Source: Centroscyllium fabricii | Taxonomy: Eukaryota | DNA: 64,000 nucleotides | Reading direction: 5' to 3' | NCBI GenBank assembly: GCA_051313645.2 | Contig: JBNRSN020000028.1 | Span: 14,756,001 to 14,820,000 of the forward strand | Shown: piece by piece, positions 61,575-64,000 of the stretch | Layout of the letters: each line of letters begins with the position of its first letter | How positions within the stretch are numbered: position 1 is the stretch's first letter | Translations under genes and position numbers: made by a program | Notes under the pieces: generated by a model | Seen by the model: only the letters and a program-made list of their open reading frames with translations | The model's database searches: none | Told to the model about the DNA's origin: nothing

Positions 61575-61890
61575 CATGAATCATAGAATCTCTACAGTGC
61601 AGATAGAGGCCATCTCGGCCCATCGAGCCTGCACCGACACGTATCCCACCCTATCCCCGCAACCCCACATATTTAATCCCCCTAACACTGAGGGTCAATT
61701 TATCCTGGCCAATCAACCTAACCCGCACATCTTTGGACTGTGGGAGGAAACCGGAGCACCCGGAGGAAACTCACGCAGACACGGGGAGAATATGCAAACT
61801 CCAGACAGATAGTACCCGAGGCCGGATTTGAACCCGGGTCTCTAGCGGTGTGAGACAACAGTGCTAACCACTATGCCACCGTGCCACCCG
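61575..61890 (-). mobile_element. Full-length HE1-type V-SINE
   Basis: tRNA-derived head (tggcatagtggttagc..gggttcaaatcc), V-domain, and tail ..gagattctatgattc. Confidence 0.88.
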
Positions 61891-62704
61891 TGCAACAACA
61901 TCCATCAGTAATTTGAGAAATAAACAATTTCTCAGGCAGAGGGCCGATTATCTCACATCGACACCAGACGGAGCTCTCTCGTCGTGTTTGCCTGTTAACT
62001 GCAGCAGATTAGTCGCAAGATGACACGGCCCTTGAGGATGGGGAACGCCGTTGAACCCATTTCAATTTATTCTTCCAGAAAACTCCACCCCCATAATTAC
62101 CTTTATTTGCTACTAAACTCATCCCTTGATGTTGGATTCTGACGCTTTGCCTGGAGTCCATTCCAAGTGTCGATCGCTCTCTGTGTGACCAACATTCTCT
62201 TCCTCTCAGTCCGAAAGTTACAATTTACCAGTTTGAACCTGTGCACACTTGTCCTACTGCCCCTGTTTAATTTCAGTCATTTACCGCATTAACCCTTTTC
62301 CATGTCACGTTCTATCTTATATATTTATGTAATTAGTGTTTTACCTTGGGAGTCATAGACATTGCTACTCTCGCGGTTTCTTTCTGTTCCTCTTGTTATC
62401 TCTACACCTGATTCTCTCACTTTCTAAATCTGTTACTCTCACTGCCACTCTCTGTTGCTCGCTCTATCTCTGAATAAGTTTCTCTCACTTTGTCTCTACT
62501 TCTGTTCCTCTCGCTGCCTCTACATCTGTTTCTCTCTCTCTCTTTCCATCTCTTCCTGATTCTTTCACTGGGCTTTAATTTGGTTCTCTGTTTCTCAGTC
62601 TGTAAGTCTCCCTGTTGCTGCATCTGTTTCTCTCTCGCTGCCGTTCCCTCTGTTTCTCTCCCACTTCTTATCTGCCCCTCGGTTGTTCCCCTGTAAATTA
62701 GTTT

Positions 62705-62960
62705 ATTTCCCTCCCTGTCTCTCTCTCATTTGTCTCACTGTCTCTCCATTTCCCACTCTCCATCTCTCCCTTAATTTATCTCCTTGTATCTCCATCTGTT
62801 GCTATCCCTGTCTCTCCTTCATTTTCCCTCCCTGTCTCTCTCTCATTTGTCTCATTGTCTCTCCATTTCCCTCTCTCCCTCTCTCCCTTAATTTATCTCC
62901 TTGTATCTCTATCTGTTTATTTCCCCGTCTCTCCTTCATTTTCTCTCCCTGTCTCTCCCT
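62705..62960. repeat. 117-bp CT-rich tandem duplication (~2.2 copies)
   Basis: 39-codon period visible in ORF 62683-63021. Confidence 0.8.
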
Positions 62961-63364
62961 CAATGACAGATTTGAAAAACAAGTATTTACTCGAACAGGG
63001 GGTGCTTTGATGCGTCGTTAGTTTTCGTTGCAGTGAAAATATACAAGTGTTTCTTTTGGATTCCATTCCCGGGAGACTACACTCGATTAGGTGACAGTTC
63101 GAAGGCGAGAGAATCAATACTGTGCAGCCAGTGGACAGAGCACAAGTCAAGTGTACCCTGGCCCTGGGTCAATCACAAGCCTCAAACAATCCCCCGTAAA
63201 TGACAAGATCTTCCCACCCATAACCAAATGCGGCCTTTACTCGTTTTATGGGCTCTATTTGAATGCATGAGAAATATTAACATTAAACCAAATGATCTGC
63301 TGTGTCCCCATCGAAAGAAATTGATATCCATCCTCTCTGTCCGCACTGGATTTCACAACAAGTC

Positions 63365-63712
63365 CCAGCGGGTGAAAGCTCAGTGCAGATCAGGTGACGC
63401 ACCCAATCCCCCATCAGAGGGAGAGGAGACCTTCAACCCCCTCTGCCTGGGGTGGATTGTCCCCCAGATACCAGAGGGTGAAAGGTCAGTGTACAATCCT
63501 CTGACCCACCTAGTCCCCCATCAGAGGGAGAGGAGACCTTCATCCCCCCATGCCTGGGGTGGATTGTACCCCAGATCCCAGTGGGTGAAAGGTCAGTGTA
63601 AAATCCTCTGACCCACCTTGTCCCCCATCAGAGGGAGAGGAGACCTTCATCCCCCTCTGCCTGGGTTGGATTGGACCCCAGCTCCCAGTGGGTGAAAGGT
63701 CAATGTCTGACT
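63365..63712. repeat. 107-bp tandem repeat (~3.2 copies)
   Basis: cccccatcagagggagaggagacc starts at 63408, 63515 and 63622. Confidence 0.88.
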
Positions 63713-63787
63713 CACTGCCCCGGCAGTACTGCATGAGTAAACAGTAACCTTGGCGGCTTTTACTCCAGAGAATAAATGAGAAACCGG

Positions 63788-63803
63788 GCCACCAGAGGGC
63801 GTT
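63788..63803 (+). promoter_or_regulatory. CTCF motif
   Basis: CACCAGAGGGCG core. Confidence 0.6.
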
Positions 63804-64000
63804 TCAGGGTAAATAAAACGTCAGCGCTGGCATTGTTCCCCGGCCCTCAGTGAGGAGAGAATAGATACTGTCCATCAGACCTGATAGAATAGGATAGCAT
63901 TGATTGCACATCAGAATTAAATCGATTTCCCAGTGATATTCTTTATCCACCGAGCGCAGATTCAGGAAAACGCGATGAATGAAATTGTAACTTTCACATG

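Noticed and set aside
63050-63275. Leader-like MRPLLVLWALF (+) and V/J-like words LTCALSTG and GQGT (-)
   Set aside because: No splice donor, no W/YYC or FGxG motif, and no valid RSS

Overview
This is vertebrate DNA, most likely from a cartilaginous fish given the HE1-type V-SINE, Deu-domain SINE and shark-type CR1 tails. It covers part of the V-segment array of a T-cell receptor alpha/delta-type locus. About 11 V segments or relics lie in both orientations; two look intact, with leader, intron, V exon and 23-RSS (33871-34339 and 45522-46003), and the rest are pseudogenes or lack a leader. The array is invaded by CR1-type LINEs, SINEs, a 3'-truncated Tx1-like element, a Penelope-type palindrome carrying two hammerhead-ribozyme cores, and a tRNA-Leu pseudogene. 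The two large tandem arrays appear to have been born in place. The ~55-bp satellite (1-22876) is the amplified splice acceptor and first codons of the V exon it runs into, and the 51-bp minisatellite (35958-43670) is an amplified 17-codon piece of the CR1 reverse-transcriptase ORF it interrupts. Almost all ORFs listed inside the arrays are repeat artefacts. All calls are by eye and repeat boundaries are approximate.
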